This document shows, one piece after another, positions 35,322 to 37,864 of a stretch of 37,864 nt of DNA (position 1 is its first letter; each line of letters starts with the position of its first letter). The position numbers and the translations under genes were made by a program. This DNA comes from a virus (lineage: Duplodnaviria; Caudoviricetes): positions 1 to 37,864 of IMG/VR virus record IMGVR_UViG_3300017700_000558, one strand, 5' to 3'. The notes under the pieces were generated by a model. The model had not been told where the DNA came from and did no database searches. It saw only the letters and a program-made list of their open reading frames with translations.

Positions 35322-35474
35322 ATGGCTAACCCAATACCTGCCCCCCACATCATCCGGCTCGAAGACTTGACACCCGATGAGCAGCAAGCATTTGTGGATG
35401 TGCGGCGCTCCACCGAAGAAGCACTCAGGGTCGCACACTTGATGGTTGATCTTGTTGATAATGACGGGGCATGA
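35322..35474 (+). CDS. Hypothetical 50-aa protein (not in ORF track)
   Basis: GAGGGGG upstream. ATGA coupling to the GT gene. Confidence 0.5.
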   Translation: MANPIPAPHIIRLEDLTPDEQQAFVDVRRSTEEALRVAHLMVDLVDNDGA

Positions 35475-36031
35475 GAATGCGTTATGCGGTGATTCCGACT
35501 CGGTTTGAGCGGGAAACGTTGGTGCCGCTTGTTGCAGCTTTGCAACCGATTTGTACGGTTGTGATTGTTCACACCGAACCTGACCACCCACACATTCAAG
35601 GCACTGTCAGGGTGGACGATTTCAGCCATTCCATTCAGCATTGGTGGAATTCGGGGCTAGATCAGTGTGACGGGCCAACATTGGTTCTCAACGACGATAT
35701 CGAAGCGTCTACGGAGGATCTGGGCGCATTGTTTGGTGCACTCGATCACAACGATGTCGTCTATGTGGCAGGGCACCGTGTAGGCCACCGGACACCGCTC
35801 ACAGGTTGGTGTTATGGAATCCACCCTGACCGTATCCGCCCTGATGAAGCTTTCGGTTGGTGGGCTGGCGACGACGACCTCTACCTCAACGCAATAGCGC
35901 AAGGCATGACCGTTACCGCCATCGACCTGCCCAACATCACACACAAACGCATTGAAGCTGCTTTCGGGAACCCCGTACATGCGGCGATGGTTGACGCTGA
36001 TATGAAGCTCCTAGCCGAACGGTGGGGCTAA
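35471..36031 (+). CDS. Glycosyltransferase, GT-A fold (GT2-like), compact
   Basis: AVIPT, WN.GL, LVLNDD, GWC and DE.F.WW.GDDD motifs. Confidence 0.85.
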   Translation: MRMRYAVIPTRFERETLVPLVAALQPICTVVIVHTEPDHPHIQGTVRVDDFSHSIQHWWNSGLDQCDGPTLVLNDDIEASTEDLGALFGALDHNDVVYVAGHRVGHRTPLTGWCYGIHPDRIRPDEAFGWWAGDDDLYLNAIAQGMTVTAIDLPNITHKRIEAAFGNPVHAAMVDADMKLLAERWG

Positions 36032-36646
36032 TTGTTTATCGGCATGATCTGGCGGCCTACACCAGACCGTATGCGTTCATTCGCTATGACCCTCGAGTTC
36101 TGGTCGCTGCTCGGTGATGTGCGTTTCTTCGACTCCGGCCATATCCCATTCAACAGGGCAGCATCGAGGAACCTTGCCGTCCATGAGGCCGAACGTTTGG
36201 GGTTCAGCAAACTTGTTGTAACGGACGCAGATTGCATCCCCGAGGGCACAGCGGTGCGTGATGCTTTCTTCGCGGCAGATGATTCCGCTGTGCGGCTCCC
36301 TTACCGTTCTTGCCGTGTCCTCAACCATTACGGCGAAACACTGATCGAGCTCGACTTCACCTGCGGCGGAACTTACATCACAACCCCTAAGGCCTGGTGG
36401 GCTGCTGGTGGGCAGGATGAACGGTTCACTAAGTGGGCTCCCGAAGATTTCGCTTTCTCTCTCGCCCACCAAACACTGATCGGTGAAATGCCCCGCCACG
36501 ACGGGGTACTACTTTCGTTGTCGCACAGCAAAGACCCTGAACGGGCCGAACATGACGGCGACCCAATAGTTGACCTGTACCGCCAGTATGAGGCCGCTAA
36601 CGGCCACCCAAACTTGATGAAGGCGTTGTGCTTCCCGTCGTCATAG
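36032..36646 (+). CDS. Glycosyltransferase, GT-A fold with GT7-like C-terminus
   Basis: FNRAASRN, DAD and GG.DERF..W..ED motifs. Confidence 0.88.
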   Translation: MFIGMIWRPTPDRMRSFAMTLEFWSLLGDVRFFDSGHIPFNRAASRNLAVHEAERLGFSKLVVTDADCIPEGTAVRDAFFAADDSAVRLPYRSCRVLNHYGETLIELDFTCGGTYITTPKAWWAAGGQDERFTKWAPEDFAFSLAHQTLIGEMPRHDGVLLSLSHSKDPERAEHDGDPIVDLYRQYEAANGHPNLMKALCFPSS

Positions 36647-37125
36647 GCACACACCCTGACCGCACAGCATGGCTCACCGACTGCCTAACGTCGATACAAG
36701 CCACCACAGACCGTGAAGTGCTCATCCACCACACAGGCGGGTACGAGGTCGCAGCCCTCCGTCATGGAATGGCACACGCTGACCGGTTCCTGTTCCTCCA
36801 TGATTCGGTAACGATCCTTGACCCCCTGTTCTGGTCGGTGATTGACCGTTTTCGCACCCCCGCATGGCTTTCAGGACACCCCCCCATGTTCATGGGCATA
36901 CACCACACCAGCTCACTGGAACCAATCCTCGACCGTTACCCGGCAGAACAGTCTAAAGAAGACGCAATCCGCATCGAAGCGGAACTACCAGGGCTACTCA
37001 CCTACACAACAATCTGGCCCGATATCACCGACCGGACAGCATTACGCACCGAAGAACGCCACGGACGCAACAACCTTGTAATCGGCAACCACCTGTGGGA
37101 GAAACACAAAGGAACATGGCGATGA
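36628..37125 (+). CDS. Putative divergent glycosyl- or phosphotransferase
   Basis: GYE..AL, FLFLHDS and K.KGTW motifs, between a GT and the cytidylyltransferase. Function inferred. Confidence 0.5.
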   Translation: MLPVVIGTHPDRTAWLTDCLTSIQATTDREVLIHHTGGYEVAALRHGMAHADRFLFLHDSVTILDPLFWSVIDRFRTPAWLSGHPPMFMGIHHTSSLEPILDRYPAEQSKEDAIRIEAELPGLLTYTTIWPDITDRTALRTEERHGRNNLVIGNHLWEKHKGTWR

Positions 37126-37544
37126 GAGTCCTCACAATGGGAACCTTCGACACCATCCACGCCGGCCACATCGGACTCTTCAACCAATGCCGCCGCCTAG
37201 CCGGTGACAGCGAAGTCATTGTTGCTGTGAACACAGACGAATTCGTGACCTCCTACAAAGGCAAACCCCCTCTAGTGCCGTATGCCTCTAGAGCAGCAGT
37301 CATCCAAACATTGCGCACTGTCAACAGAGTGGTACCCAACTACGGCGGCTGGCAACAACCGCTACTCATAGCCCAAGTAGCACCAGACATTCTTGTTGTC
37401 GGTGATGACTGGGCCGCGAAGAACTACCTCGAGCAGATCAACACCACCCAACAGTGGCTAGACAGCAAGAACATCCAACTGTGCTACGTCCCCCGCACAG
37501 GCAACTGGTCATCAACAGCAATCAAGTCTCATGCCGTGGGATAA
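37122..37544 (+). CDS. Cytidylyltransferase (TagD/RfaE-domain-II-like)
   Basis: GTFD..H.GH (HxGH), NTDEF...YKG..P, VGDDW and PRT...SST motifs. Confidence 0.9.
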   Translation: MRVLTMGTFDTIHAGHIGLFNQCRRLAGDSEVIVAVNTDEFVTSYKGKPPLVPYASRAAVIQTLRTVNRVVPNYGGWQQPLLIAQVAPDILVVGDDWAAKNYLEQINTTQQWLDSKNIQLCYVPRTGNWSSTAIKSHAVG

Positions 37545-37818
37545 CAGCCCCCGCTCCAAAGAACTCCCCCCCGGCTGGGCAAAACTCAGAGCCCAGTGCA
37601 AAGAACAAGCCGGGGGCCAATGCCAAGCCACCCTACGCAACAGCACACGCTGCCCCGAACAAGGCAACGAAGCACACCACGTAGATAGAAACGACCACAC
37701 CACCCTCATATGGTTATGCCCCTGGCATCACATGCGCATCACCCAACAACAAGCAGCCAACGCACGCACACCAATCACAGAACGCAGACCAGATAAAAAA
37801 CATCCAGGTTTGCGGTAG
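37531..37818 (+). CDS. HNH endonuclease (terminal, packaging-associated)
   Basis: LP..W..LR...A.G.C...RC...HH...LC.WHH pattern. Last gene before the genome end. Confidence 0.8.
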   Translation: MPWDNSPRSKELPPGWAKLRAQCKEQAGGQCQATLRNSTRCPEQGNEAHHVDRNDHTTLIWLCPWHHMRITQQQAANARTPITERRPDKKHPGLR

Positions 37819-37853
37819 GTGGGGTACCACCCCTCCCCGCCCCGCCGAGCGAC

Positions 37854-37864
37854 CTGAGAGGTGC
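37854..37864. repeat. 11-bp terminal direct repeat, right copy
   Basis: Identical to 1-11. Confidence 0.85.

Noticed and set aside
35471-37544. GT cluster as a DNA hypermodification system
   Set aside because: No TET/JBP dioxygenase, hydroxymethylase or phage DNA polymerase is visible, and the genes are in the late region rather than beside the MTases. Not formally excluded.

Overview
The window looks like a complete, about 37.9-kb genome of a GC-rich siphovirus (long non-contractile tail), most likely infecting an actinobacterium. Bases 1-11 repeat exactly at 37854-37864, and every credible gene lies on the + strand. Gene order is: HNH; terminase; portal; head genes with a glycosyltransferase directly after the capsid gene; tail genes (-1 frameshift chaperone, short tape measure, distal tail protein with an NHL propeller insert, SGNH esterase); lysis; a helicase-methyltransferase-tyrosine recombinase operon; recombination/replication genes (RecE-like nuclease, a C5 methyltransferase split across two overlapping frames, Rep with an internal origin, SSB); a cassette of small genes; a putative late promoter with structured RNA and tRNA-Trp; a metallophosphoesterase; three glycosyltransferase-like genes plus a TagD-like cytidylyltransferase; and a terminal HNH. 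The best candidate for a new system is a virion glycosylation pathway that includes a nucleotidyltransferase, whose likely acceptors (capsid and tail tube) both end in F-[L/F]-S. All functional calls come from motif recognition and synteny by eye. No database search or RNA folding was run.
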